The notes below the pieces were generated by a model. The model was not told where the DNA came from, did no database searches, and saw only the letters and a list, made by a program, of their open reading frames with translations. Below are positions 11,759 through 21,894 of a stretch of DNA of 64,000 nt, one piece after another. This DNA is from Chamaesiphon sp. GTDB lineage: Bacteria; Cyanobacteriota; Cyanobacteriia; Cyanobacteriales; Chamaesiphonaceae. Position 1 is the stretch's first letter; each line of letters starts with the position of its first letter. A program made the translations under genes and the position numbers. The DNA lies in assembly GCA_965246715.1 (NCBI GenBank), contig CBDFFH010000014.1, positions 15,640 to 79,639 of the forward strand, written 5' to 3'.

Positions 11759-12616
11759 CTACTTACTCGGGGTCTTAGTAATAAACTCTCTAACTCTGGG
11801 AGTCTGGAGCAATTTACGCGTGTCATTTAGGAGTTTTTCACCCCATAAATTATCTTTGAGATATTGAATATTAGCATAACGACTGTCGAGGACGATCGCT
11901 TTTTCGGCTGAGGTATAAGCTTCAGCTTGCTTGCCTTGCGAAAATAGCGCGACGGCCATTGCTAGCATCGGTTCGGCAGCTTTGGGATCGATCGAGATCG
12001 CGCGTTGCCAATTTTGAATCGCACCGTTTAAATCGCCAGTTTCATAACTAACTAACCCAATATTATTGATCGCCGGCCAAAATTTCGGGTCTTTTTTAAC
12101 CGCTTTTTGATATTGGACGAGTGCGTCGGCATATTTATTAGAGGTGTAATAGGCATTACCTAGATCGAATAGGGCACCATTATTGTCCGGTTTGATTTTT
12201 AAGCCAGCTTGCAAAACTTCGATCGCTTTGGGACGATCGCCTTTTTGAAAATATGCCGAGCCTAACATAAAGAGTACGTCAGGCTCTTGAGGCTTAATTG
12301 CTTGCGCTTGTTGGAGTGCGTCGATCCCTTTTTGATACTTTTGGGTTTGGACGTACAAGGTACCTAAAAAGAACCAAGCTTCATAATTTTTGGGAGCCAA
12401 CTGGGTTGCCAACGCAACGCGAGGAATTGCCTGTTCGTATTGTTGAAATTGAACCAACCCGGCGGCTTGCCGGAGTAAAGTTTTACTCGTATCTTCTAAC
12501 GATTGAGGATCTTGTTTGGGGGTATAAGGCAGTAGCACCTGGGCAAAAGTTGGCGCTGGCAAGCTCGCGATACCCAAGCAGGCAGCAAGCATCAATAAAT
12601 AAATCCGTTTAGGCAC
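11759..12616 (-). CDS. tetratricopeptide repeat protein, signal peptide
   Basis: Multiple TPR units; hydrophobic N-terminus ending in AFA. Confidence 0.9.
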   Translation of the reverse strand: MPKRIYLLMLAACLGIASLPAPTFAQVLLPYTPKQDPQSLEDTSKTLLRQAAGLVQFQQYEQAIPRVALATQLAPKNYEAWFFLGTLYVQTQKYQKGIDALQQAQAIKPQEPDVLFMLGSAYFQKGDRPKAIEVLQAGLKIKPDNNGALFDLGNAYYTSNKYADALVQYQKAVKKDPKFWPAINNIGLVSYETGDLNGAIQNWQRAISIDPKAAEPMLAMAVALFSQGKQAEAYTSAEKAIVLDSRYANIQYLKDNLWGEKLLNDTRKLLQTPRVREFITKTPSK

Positions 12617-12997
12617 AATAAATTATGGCTGGTAGATAGTCAATACGACAAGATTAGAAATCTTCGCGAGCGCGTTGCTTTCCGATTCCATCATAGGACA
12701 GATTTTACAGTTACTAACGACCCGAGATCGGCTAGGAGCTAGCGTTTATCTTCGGCCGCGAGATGGCGACCATCGCGAAGTAGCGAGTATGGGGGTTTTC
12801 ACTACCGATCGAGATGACTTTTTGCACTAGCGATCCCCGCTAATGAAGAGTTAAAATTGAGTGTAAACAAAAGTAACAATTTTTGCGACCAGTCCATCAT
12901 CGTCACACGGTCAGTCATCGTGACCGAACTCGATCGCTATTTTAGATCGTAAACCGTTCGAGAGTTTGAATCAAAGATTCACTAGCCTTGTACTGCT

Positions 12998-14605
12998 ATG
13001 CAACTACCTCTATTCAAAAATGTCAAACGTCCGCTTCCACTAGTTGCAGGTATTGTTGCGGCGACAATCGGCCTGGCCGGACTCGGAACCATCGCCTACG
13101 ATCGATTTAAGCCTACAACTAAAATCGATCTCGATCGGTATACTGTCGTTGCTAAAGCTCAAGATTTAACCGATCGGATTACAGCTAGTGGTACGATCGT
13201 GCCGTTCCAAACAGCCAATCTCAGCCCAAAAACTGCGGGTAGAGTCGCCCAGCTGTTTGTCGAGCAGGGAGATAAAGTCCAAAAGGGGCAAAAAATCGCC
13301 CAAATGGAAAATGCTGAGGTTCAAGCAGCTTTTGCTCAAGCTCAAGCAACTCTCCAGCAAGCTCAAGCTAACTTGAACAAAGCGAAAAACGGCAGTCGCC
13401 CTGAAGAAATCGACCAAGCGAGAGCTAAACTCGTTCAAGCTGAAGCGAACCTGAATAAAGCGAAAAATGGTAACCGGCCTGAAGAAACCGCTCAGGTACG
13501 CGCGAAATTAGCCCAAACTCAAGCTAATTTAAATTTATCTCGCTCGATCGCCCCTCAACAAATCGAGCAGGCGACCGCCCAAGTCTCTTCAGCTACTGCC
13601 AAACTCAATTTAACCAAAGCTCAAGTCGATCGCAATCGATCGCTCCGCACCGCAGGGGCAGTCTCTCAGGATAAACTCGACCAAGCTATTGCTGACTATC
13701 AAACAGCCAGAGCCAATCTGTTGGATGCGCAGCAAAAGCTCGAACAAGTCCGCAATAACAGCAGAGCGGAGATCGTCCAACGTCAAGCTGCCGTGACCGA
13801 AGCACAACAAGCACTCCGCCAATCCGAACTCGGCAGTCGGACAGAAGATGTGGCTAGTTTAGTCGCTCAGGTAGACCAAGCGCGATCGGTATATCAACAG
13901 GCTAAAAATGGCAGTCGCCCTGAAGATATCGCCCAATTGACAGCGGCAGTAGCTGTCGCCCAAGCCCAAGTAGATTCCGCTCGATCGCAATTGAATGATT
14001 CATTGGTAGTCGCTCCATTTACGGGGTTGATTACGCAGCGGTATGCGAGTATCGGGGCCTTTGTCACACCGACAACTTCGGCATCGACCACGACATCGGC
14101 CACTTCAACTTCGATCGTCGCTTTAGCAAAAGATCTCGAAGTTAAGGCCAAGGTACCAGAGGTAGATATCGGTAAAATCCGCCCCGGTCAAAAAGTAGCT
14201 GTTACCGCCGATGCCTTCAGCGACAGGCCGTTTGAAGGTGTCGTCCGCCTGGTCGCACCCGAAGCCGTCATCGAGCAGAATGTTACCTCATTTGAAGTCC
14301 GCGTCACGTTAAATTCGGGCAAAGATGTCTTGAGATCGGGGATGAATGTCAATGCTGTGTTTACGGGCAATCGCACGAACAACGCGCTGACGATTCCTAC
14401 CGTTGCCGTCAGTTCCAAGAAGGGACAAACAGGTGTGTACATTACCGATGACAAGAACGAACCAAAATTCAAACCGATTAAAGTCGGGGGTACTGTTAAA
14501 GACAAAATTCAAGTTATTGATGGTCTCAAAGCAGGCGATCGCGTTTTCATCGATATCCCCAAAGGATTTAAAGAAAAAATGATGAATGATGAAAGTGTTA
14601 AATAG
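12998..14605 (+). CDS. efflux periplasmic adaptor subunit (HlyD/MacA/DevB-like)
   Basis: N-terminal TM, lipoyl half-motifs (GRVAQLFVEQGDKV, VVAPFTG), long hairpin with NGSRPEE repeats. Confidence 0.92.
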   Translation: MQLPLFKNVKRPLPLVAGIVAATIGLAGLGTIAYDRFKPTTKIDLDRYTVVAKAQDLTDRITASGTIVPFQTANLSPKTAGRVAQLFVEQGDKVQKGQKIAQMENAEVQAAFAQAQATLQQAQANLNKAKNGSRPEEIDQARAKLVQAEANLNKAKNGNRPEETAQVRAKLAQTQANLNLSRSIAPQQIEQATAQVSSATAKLNLTKAQVDRNRSLRTAGAVSQDKLDQAIADYQTARANLLDAQQKLEQVRNNSRAEIVQRQAAVTEAQQALRQSELGSRTEDVASLVAQVDQARSVYQQAKNGSRPEDIAQLTAAVAVAQAQVDSARSQLNDSLVVAPFTGLITQRYASIGAFVTPTTSASTTTSATSTSIVALAKDLEVKAKVPEVDIGKIRPGQKVAVTADAFSDRPFEGVVRLVAPEAVIEQNVTSFEVRVTLNSGKDVLRSGMNVNAVFTGNRTNNALTIPTVAVSSKKGQTGVYITDDKNEPKFKPIKVGGTVKDKIQVIDGLKAGDRVFIDIPKGFKEKMMNDESVK

Positions 14606-14616
14606 TGAGTAGTAAT

Positions 14617-14637
14617 GTAGGGTGGGCAATGCCCACC
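14617..14637. repeat. GTAG-type REP palindrome
   Basis: gtag-ggtgggca-a-tgcccacc. Confidence 0.65.
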
Positions 14638-14781
14638 ATCTAAGTTTCGGGTTTTCTAATGTTATAAATTCGTTCAAAAATTCACCAACTAAGCTACCGA
14701 TCGAAACATCCCTGCCTTAAGTAAGAACCAGCATAAAAATCTCTCTCGATCGACAAAAATGATGACAACTAATTTAGATCG

Positions 14782-16005
14782 ATGAACATCTTTGAAAGTC
14801 TCAATATGGCAGCAAAAACTCTCGTAGCTAATAAGTTACGGAGTGGTTTGACAATGCTTGGCATCGTAATTGGCAATGCTTCGGTAATTGCGATGGTGGG
14901 TGTGGGTGAAGGTACCCAGAAATTAGCGCAAGATCAATTCAAAAGTTTGGGGCCGAATACCCTCTTCATTCTACCGGGAAGTCCGAAAGCACAGAATATT
15001 CGAAGTGGTGGGACACCGCCAACACTAGTACTCAGCGATGCTCGCGCGATCGCGCGGCAAGTGCCATCTGTGGCAGCAGTATCGCCAGTACTGCAAAATT
15101 CTTCGATCGTTACCTATGGGAATATTACGACAACGACGATCGTGCAAGGTGTCACAAAAGAATTTCCAGTGGTACGTAATTTTGCAGTCGACAAAGGTCG
15201 ATTTGTTGGCGATCTCGATGTTAAAGGTGATAAACAAATTGCCGCGATCGGGACAGATCTCGCTCAAAGATTATTCGGTCAGGACAATCCATTGGGCAAG
15301 CAAATTCGGGTTGGTAATTTGAGTTTTGATATCGTCGGTGTGATGGAATCAAAGGGTTCTTCCTTTGGTAGCAATCAAGATGATGCAATCTTTATTCCGA
15401 TTACCACGATGAGCAAGCGGGTAATCGGGCGAACTTCACCATTTGGACTGCGGGTGTCCTTGATTTCGGTATCGGCGAAAGATGCTGATAGTATGGATGC
15501 TGCTGAGTTCCAAATTACTAACTTACTTCGCCGCCGCCATAAGATCGTTGGTGAAGATGACTTTACCGTCCGCAACCAAAAAGATGCGCTCCAAATTGTC
15601 ACGACAATTACCAGTGCGCTGACATTATTGTTGGGTGCGATCGCTGGAATTTCACTCTTAGTTGGTGGGATTGGGGTAATGAATATCATGCTGGTATCTG
15701 TCACCGAACGCACGCAGGAAATCGGACTACGAAAAGCGATCGGGGCAACCCAGAAAGATATCTTAATTCAATTCACGATCGAGGCAATTATTCTCTCGAC
15801 GATCGGTGGTATTATCGGGACGCTGATCGGCATTGGTGGGATCGTACTCGTTAGCAACTTTTCCCCGCTCAAGCAAGCTTCGATCTCCCCATCGGCAATT
15901 ATTTTAGCAGTTAGTGTTTCTGGTGGCATCGGCCTATTCTTTGGTGTCGTTCCCGCCCGCCAAGCTGCTAGATTAGATCCGATCGAAGCCTTAAGAAGCG
16001 TGTAA
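14782..16005 (+). CDS. ABC transporter permease (MacB/FtsX family)
   Basis: LRSGLTMLGIVIG and GIGVMNIMLVSVTERTQEIGLRKAIGA motifs. Confidence 0.93.
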   Translation: MNIFESLNMAAKTLVANKLRSGLTMLGIVIGNASVIAMVGVGEGTQKLAQDQFKSLGPNTLFILPGSPKAQNIRSGGTPPTLVLSDARAIARQVPSVAAVSPVLQNSSIVTYGNITTTTIVQGVTKEFPVVRNFAVDKGRFVGDLDVKGDKQIAAIGTDLAQRLFGQDNPLGKQIRVGNLSFDIVGVMESKGSSFGSNQDDAIFIPITTMSKRVIGRTSPFGLRVSLISVSAKDADSMDAAEFQITNLLRRRHKIVGEDDFTVRNQKDALQIVTTITSALTLLLGAIAGISLLVGGIGVMNIMLVSVTERTQEIGLRKAIGATQKDILIQFTIEAIILSTIGGIIGTLIGIGGIVLVSNFSPLKQASISPSAIILAVSVSGGIGLFFGVVPARQAARLDPIEALRSV

Positions 16006-16074
16006 AATCATCAAGTGTGAGTATTGGTAAAGATATTACTAATGCGATCGTCAATATCGAGTATTGCCTAACTT

Positions 16075-17295
16075 ATGAATTTATCTGACAGTTTTACCAT
16101 GGCAGCCAAAACACTCGTAGCAAATCGCTTACGAAGTGGGTTGACGATGCTCGGAATTGTCATTGGCAATGCTTCGGTAATTACGATGATTGGCATCGGT
16201 GAAGGTACACAAAAATTGGCGGTAGACCAGTTAAATTATTTAGGGTCAAATACGATCTTTGTCGTACCTGGGAGTCCTAAATCTCAAGATATTATCGACG
16301 GTGGAGTAGAGCCTACATTAGTGTTGAGCGATGCTGAGGCGATCGCGACTCAATTACCGACCATCACGAAAGTTGCTCCATCGCTCGATGATTCGCTCGT
16401 AATTAGTTATCAAAATATTACTACCAGCTCGATCGTTACCGGAACCACGCATGATTTTCCGAGCGTGCGTAACTTTGCTGTAGATAGGGGTCGGTTTATG
16501 ACAGCACTCGATGCGAGCAAAAATGACCGAGTAGCTATCCTGGGGACGGATATTTCCCAAAGATTATTTGGTGGTGCAAATCCTTTGGGTGCGAGAATTT
16601 GGATTAAAAATATCGACTTTGAAGTAATCGGCGTGATGAAATCTAAAGGCATATCATTTGGCTTTAATAATGATGATGTCATCTTTGTCCCGATTACCAC
16701 GATGAGTAAACGTCTCATCGGCCAACAATCGCCTTATGGGATTAAGTTATCTTATATTAGTGCGTTAGCAAAAAATAGCGAAAGTATCGAAGCGGCTGAA
16801 TTTCAAATGAATAATCTACTGCGCGTCAGACATAAATTAGTCGGCGAAAATGATTTTGTTATCGATACTCAAAAAAGTGCGTTGAAAACTGTCAATTCGA
16901 TTACCGATGCCTTGACAATCTTATTGGGTGCGATCGCGGGTATTTCACTGTTTGTCGGTGGGATTGGGGTAATGAATATCATGCTGGTATCTGTTACCGA
17001 ACGCACTCAAGAAATCGGTTTGCGAAAAGCGATCGGTGCGACTCGATCGGATATCCTGCTCCAATTTACGATCGAAGCAGTTATCCTTTCAACCATTGGG
17101 GGCATAATTGGGATCGCAATCGGGGTGGGAAGCTTTATCCCGATCGGTAAATTTACACCACTCAAACCCGAAGCTTCACTTTCGGCAATCTTACTTTCTG
17201 TGGGCGTATCCAGCAGCATCGGCCTATTTTTTGGGATCGTTCCCGCCCGCCAAGCTGCAAAATTAGACCCGATCGCAGCGTTGAGAACTGGATAA
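16075..17295 (+). CDS. ABC transporter permease (MacB/FtsX family), tandem paralogue
   Basis: Same motifs; colinear with the upstream permease. Confidence 0.93.
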   Translation: MNLSDSFTMAAKTLVANRLRSGLTMLGIVIGNASVITMIGIGEGTQKLAVDQLNYLGSNTIFVVPGSPKSQDIIDGGVEPTLVLSDAEAIATQLPTITKVAPSLDDSLVISYQNITTSSIVTGTTHDFPSVRNFAVDRGRFMTALDASKNDRVAILGTDISQRLFGGANPLGARIWIKNIDFEVIGVMKSKGISFGFNNDDVIFVPITTMSKRLIGQQSPYGIKLSYISALAKNSESIEAAEFQMNNLLRVRHKLVGENDFVIDTQKSALKTVNSITDALTILLGAIAGISLFVGGIGVMNIMLVSVTERTQEIGLRKAIGATRSDILLQFTIEAVILSTIGGIIGIAIGVGSFIPIGKFTPLKPEASLSAILLSVGVSSSIGLFFGIVPARQAAKLDPIAALRTG

Positions 17296-17326
17296 GGGCG
17301 TGGGGGAATAATGAGTGAGATGCAAA

Positions 17327-17498
17327 GACCCAACCCACCCCGCCCATTCGAGCACCCCTGTCTTGAAAAGGTGCTCGACTTGCGGAGTTGGGTCGGATGG
17401 GTTCCCCATCCGTGACCCATACCCAAGCAGGGGAAACCCCAAGATCTAATGGTCGGCTAGCCGACCAAATGCACTTTTCGCTCCTCGGAGGGGAATTT
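17327..17498. repeat. composite REP-like repeat with nested hairpins
   Basis: Ends match the reverse complement of 8944-8992; internal hairpins ggatgggttccccatcc and ggtcggctagccgacc. Confidence 0.6.
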
Positions 17499-17499
17499 A

Positions 17500-17544
17500 C
17501 TATCCCCTATTACCTATTCCCTATCCCCTATTCCCCTATACCCT
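17500..17544. repeat. heptamer tandem repeat (CCCTATT/CCCTATC)
   Basis: ctatcccctattacctattccctatcccctattcccctataccct. Confidence 0.65.
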
Positions 17545-17552
17545 AAAAACTA

Positions 17553-18318
17553 ATGACTAACGTTATCAGCGATACCCAGCCGATTGTTGCTAATAATACC
17601 CAACCAATTATTATTAGACTCGAAGATATTTATAAGACTTATGGAGTTGGCGATACATTAGTCAATGCCTTGGATGGCGTGGATTTGACGATCGCCGAGG
17701 GTGAATATTGCGCGATTATGGGGCCTTCAGGTTCGGGTAAATCTTCAGCGATGAATATTATCGGCTGTCTCGACCAACCCACGAGCGGACATTACTATCT
17801 GGATAATCTAGATGTCTCGACAATCGCCGATAGCGAACTCGCCAAGATTCGCAATCTTAAATTGGGATTTGTCTTTCAGCAGTTTCATTTATTACCCCAA
17901 TTTTCTGCGCTAGAAAATGTGATGTTACCGATGGTCTATGGGGGAGTATCTAGTGCCGAACGTAAAGAACGTGCTGTCGTTGCGTTAGAAAAAGTGGGAC
18001 TGAGCAATCGGATGGCAAATCGTCCCAATCAACTCTCTGGGGGTCAACAACAGCGGGTCGCGATCGCGCGGGCGATCGTTGGTGAACCGCGCGTATTGCT
18101 GGCTGACGAGCCGACAGGGGCGCTAGATTCGCGGACTACGCAGGAGGTGATGGATATTTTCACCCCAGCTCAATGAGACGGGAATTACGATCGTAATGGT
18201 GACTCACGAACCGGATGTCGCCAAACAAACCAGACGGATCGTGTGGTTCAAAGATGGGAAGGTCGTGCATTCTCACCTAACTCCTGCCGATATTTATCGC
18301 GTGGCAATGGCTGGTTAA
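17553..18318 (+). CDS. ABC transporter ATP-binding protein (LolD/MacB type), +1 frameshift near 18165
   Basis: GPSGSGKS, LSGGQQQRV, LLADEPTG; H-loop IVMVTHE continues after removing one C from CCCC 18163-18166. Confidence 0.88.
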
Positions 18319-18330
18319 CATCTTAAATTA

Positions 18331-18723
18331 ACCTCAGTTCGGGTTAAGGATTTCCCTTTTAGACCATTCTTGGACTGGTGCTTAGTCTTAAGTTATTGGT
18401 GCTAAGGAACCTGGGTTTGGGGGAGGCTTGTCTTGGCTCGCTGCTTGGTGCGCTTCCATGGACGGGAAACCCGACGGGCGCGAGCTGCTCCCCCAGACCC
18501 CCGGTTGAGGAGCGACCCAAATCGCGCTGAGGTTCCCGTCTGGCGACACGTCTCGCTTCACTCGCCTACAGCGTGTGTTTGGGTCAAGACAGCGGAGTGC
18601 CCCCCTCAAACTCCCCTGCACAAGGGAGTTAGTTTGCAGCGTAACGCGCTCTGCATTAGCTCCGCAATGGGAATCGATCTGTGGGTTGGGGGTTATTGTT
18701 TGGGGGCGGTTCCGAAACGAAGC
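18331..18723. mobile_element. truncated IS982-type MITE
   Basis: Starts acctcagttcgggttaag; interior is reverse-complement homologous to 29710-29960; second end not found. Confidence 0.65.
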
Positions 18724-18733
18724 AAATATCCGA

Positions 18734-19501
18734 TTATTGTTCTTGATAATTCCACAGCAAACCACCATCGACATAAAAAGTCGAACCAGTAATATAGTCA
18801 GCATCTGCTGAAGCCAGAAATGATACTAGTCCGGCCACATCTTCCGGTTTGCCCAACCGACCGAGGGGGATATTTTTGAGCACAGCATTTAGCTGTTCGG
18901 GGTTATTTAATAGATCGGTATTAATTGGGGTCTCGATCGCGCCTGGAGCGACATTATTAATTGTGATACCTAACGGGCCTAACTCCACAGCGAGATTACG
19001 CATCATCATTTTCACACCACCTTTGCTGATGCAGTAAGACGTAAAGTGTGGAAATGGAAGTTCTTCATGTACGGAACTGATATTAACGATCTTACCAGGG
19101 CGATTTGTTTCCTTGAAGTGCCGGACGATCGCTTGCGTGGTGAAAAATACGCCTTTGAGATTAACATTTATCACGTTATCGTAATCAGCTTCCGTGATAT
19201 CGCAAAAATCGGCTTTCTTTTCCAGACCGGAATTATTGACGAGAATATCTACCTTTCCGAAGCGATCGATGCTTTCATTGACAAGTTTATTGACATCCGT
19301 TACTACACCAAGATCGGCTTGAATCGAATATGCCGTACGACCGAATGCTGCGATTTTTGCTTGTGTTTCTGCGGCACCATCTGGATCGGAGCGGTAATTA
19401 ATAATGATATCCGCTCCTTCTGCGGCTAGTCGAATCGCGATCGCTTGACCGATACCCTTGCTACTTCCAGTCACCAAGGCGACTTTTCCAGCTAACTTCA
19501 T
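18734..19501 (-). CDS. glucose 1-dehydrogenase-like short-chain dehydrogenase
   Basis: TGSSKGIG, NNSG, SSVHE, YCISK. Confidence 0.9.
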   Translation of the reverse strand: MKLAGKVALVTGSSKGIGQAIAIRLAAEGADIIINYRSDPDGAAETQAKIAAFGRTAYSIQADLGVVTDVNKLVNESIDRFGKVDILVNNSGLEKKADFCDITEADYDNVINVNLKGVFFTTQAIVRHFKETNRPGKIVNISSVHEELPFPHFTSYCISKGGVKMMMRNLAVELGPLGITINNVAPGAIETPINTDLLNNPEQLNAVLKNIPLGRLGKPEDVAGLVSFLASADADYITGSTFYVDGGLLWNYQEQ

Positions 19502-19607
19502 CACCGCTATTCCGTATTTATACAAGCATATTGAGTCACTAACCCGATCGATCTAGCTACCGAGTTCGCGATCTAGGCACTCCTACCGCAATTTCGATTT
19601 ATTTATT

Positions 19608-19847
19608 TTAGTAGTTGTCTGCTGGCAAATGACGGCGCGGCCCAACACCTGGATCGGTTGCTTTTGCATACATTTCTTCGGGCATTTTATCCAGCTCGAC
19701 TTGTAATTGGGCTGCCGAAAATTGATAACCGTATTCATGGGCGATCTCGACACACTCGTCGATCGACTTTGCTGCTTTGAGCTTCTGATTTAAAGTTTCG
19801 TCGTGCTTAGCATCTTCTAAAAATTGACTGGGAATAAGTTCTGACAT
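19608..19847 (-). CDS. Nif11-like leader-domain small protein
   Basis: FLEDAKHDETLNQKLKAAKS..ECVEIAHEYGYQFSAAQL fits the Nif11 pattern. Confidence 0.75.
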   Translation of the reverse strand: MSELIPSQFLEDAKHDETLNQKLKAAKSIDECVEIAHEYGYQFSAAQLQVELDKMPEEMYAKATDPGVGPRRHLPADNY

Positions 19848-20088
19848 AGGAGCTTCCAATTTAGATTGACTTGACGATGCTCGGCTCGATCGCCATGAAA
19901 ATTGCTGTCTAACGATCTATTCGATTTCAGTTTGCTATTAACCGATCGGTTCAGACTTTGCAAAACAGAATCGCTAAATCTAACAGTAATTTAACTGCAC
20001 TATTAGTAAATTAATCGAATCCTTCAACGAATGCATCTACCATAATTAGTATTTACATTTATTGAGTTAACTGATGCCAGTATCTTCA

Positions 20089-20529
20089 TCACCAAGTTAT
20101 TTCCCCTCTGGCGATACCAATAACGATCGCTAAGACCAAACAACCGAGAAAAGTTGCTACCAACATCAACAAGGCAAATAGTTCGCCCCCAGAGAGCGGT
20201 CGATCGGTAGGATCGAGATATGCTGAAGAGCGATACTTATCCACTCGTGGTTTGAAGGATTGAAAGTGTTCCGGTGGTTGCACTAGCACCACTCGTGAAT
20301 AGCCGACTTGACGATCGTATGACAATCGCCGATCGGGATTGCTTACTACAGCATATGCTTCATTTAAGGCTTGAAATTTAGCCTTTGCGGTGGACGTGGG
20401 TAAAGTAGTAGTATCTGGATGATATTTCTTGCTCGATTCCCGATAGGCGCGCCGAATCTCGATCGGCGATGCGCTAGGATGCACTCCTAATAAAGCATAG
20501 TAATTGTCTGGTTCCTGCTTACTATCCAC
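20089..20529 (-). CDS. J-domain protein with C-terminal TM helix
   Basis: NYYALLGV...KYHPD...YAVVSNPDRR; probable GTG start after AGGAG. Confidence 0.88.
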   Translation of the reverse strand: MDSKQEPDNYYALLGVHPSASPIEIRRAYRESSKKYHPDTTTLPTSTAKAKFQALNEAYAVVSNPDRRLSYDRQVGYSRVVLVQPPEHFQSFKPRVDKYRSSAYLDPTDRPLSGGELFALLMLVATFLGCLVLAIVIGIARGEITW

Positions 20530-20551
20530 CAGTGCCGCTCTCCTAAATCCT

Positions 20552-21894
20552 TTAGCCCCTAATCCCTTCCCTAGCTCGATAAACCAGTCCACAAATGCTT
20601 GCCAAAATCGACCATGCTAGAGTATTCAATCGCAACTCCAATGCCGTGACATCGGCGATATTAAATATGATAAACCCCACAAAGGCAACTATGTAAGTAA
20701 AAAAGATCGTGCGTTCCGCGCGCCATTGGAGCGGAAAATTGAGAAACAGCAGTGTCCCTTGCATCACAATCCAACCTACCAGCCCAAAAAATCGCGATCG
20801 TGGCAGGGATACCGAGATTGGAAGATAGCATCAACAATAAATTATGTGGATATCCCAACCAGACATGGGTAGAGGCTTGATACAATGGGCCAAAACTCTG
20901 TAAACCCCAACCGGAGATCGGATGCGATCGAGTCATGTCCCAGGCAAAGTTCCACTGCGATAAGCGGGTAATTTCGGTCGGTCGATTGGGATACATTTCA
21001 TCGGTGATCCGCGCCCAAAAATAACGGGGGACGAGCGCTCTCAATGGTTCTTTGAGCGGCGGTGGCGCATAAGCAGCACTTAAAATTATCGTCGCGAGCG
21101 CGGTAACGATGCCAACGATCCAATACCAGCCCTGATAGATTGTAAATACCAAACTACCGAGCAGCGCAATACTCCAGGCAGCGCGCGAACTAGTCAGGAT
21201 CAGCGACAGCGCACACAGTCCCAGCACAGCAACCAACCACCATAACGTTGGCGACCTCCAAAATTCCGCCTTGGGGCCTCCTTGAGTACTATTGGCACAG
21301 CGTTCGTGAAGATCGGCTAATAACCCCAATGCAAAAAATAAACACCATCTGGAGGTAAGCTGCCAGGGGATTAGCATGAGCGAATACGGATGACATCCGC
21401 CCCAGTGGTTCGCCACCAGCAGTCATTTGCCAGATATGTCCCGGAGTACCAGGAATCGGCACAATCCCCCCCCAGCCCAGCATTTGACCCAATCCTAAGA
21501 TCGCGATCGGCAGCGCAGGAATCAGGAAAATCCATGTCAACTGTCGCAACTGTGCTGGTGACTGAATTAAGGTACTATAAGCGGCAAAAAAGGCAAAAAA
21601 AGGCAAAAAATTAAGTAGTCCTAGTGCTGCATCTCCTGGCTGCAACCCGAACAGGGAGATCGCGATCAGCCAGGGCGACAGTATTGCAAAACCCCAATTC
21701 AAGCGATGCTGGATAATTTCGCGCCCAGCTTGCCGCCAAGTTTTTACTGCGGCGATTACAATTAACACCGCACCGACAGATGGAATTAGGGGGAAGATCG
21801 TCAATCCCACTCTCGCCCAGTTCCAAGCCGATTGCAAGCGCGAGTTGGGATGTTTCCAGCCCGCGCCCGGAATTAGGAGCGAGAGATTAACCAT
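20552..21894 (-). CDS. O-antigen ligase family membrane protein, two +1 frameshifts
   Basis: HANPLAAYL, LTSSRAAW, GWG, PHNLLL spread over three ORFs joined at A6 runs 21333-21338 and 20786-20791. Confidence 0.8.

Noticed and set aside
18388..18811. ORFs across MITE interiors (also 29582-30147 and 17007-17426)
   Set aside because: Translations of GC-rich palindromic repeats or antisense shadows with no protein motifs
12998..19847. ABC exporter, SDR and Nif11 peptide as one RiPP cluster
   Set aside because: Opposite strands, no peptidase domain or modifying enzyme, exporter is a common type
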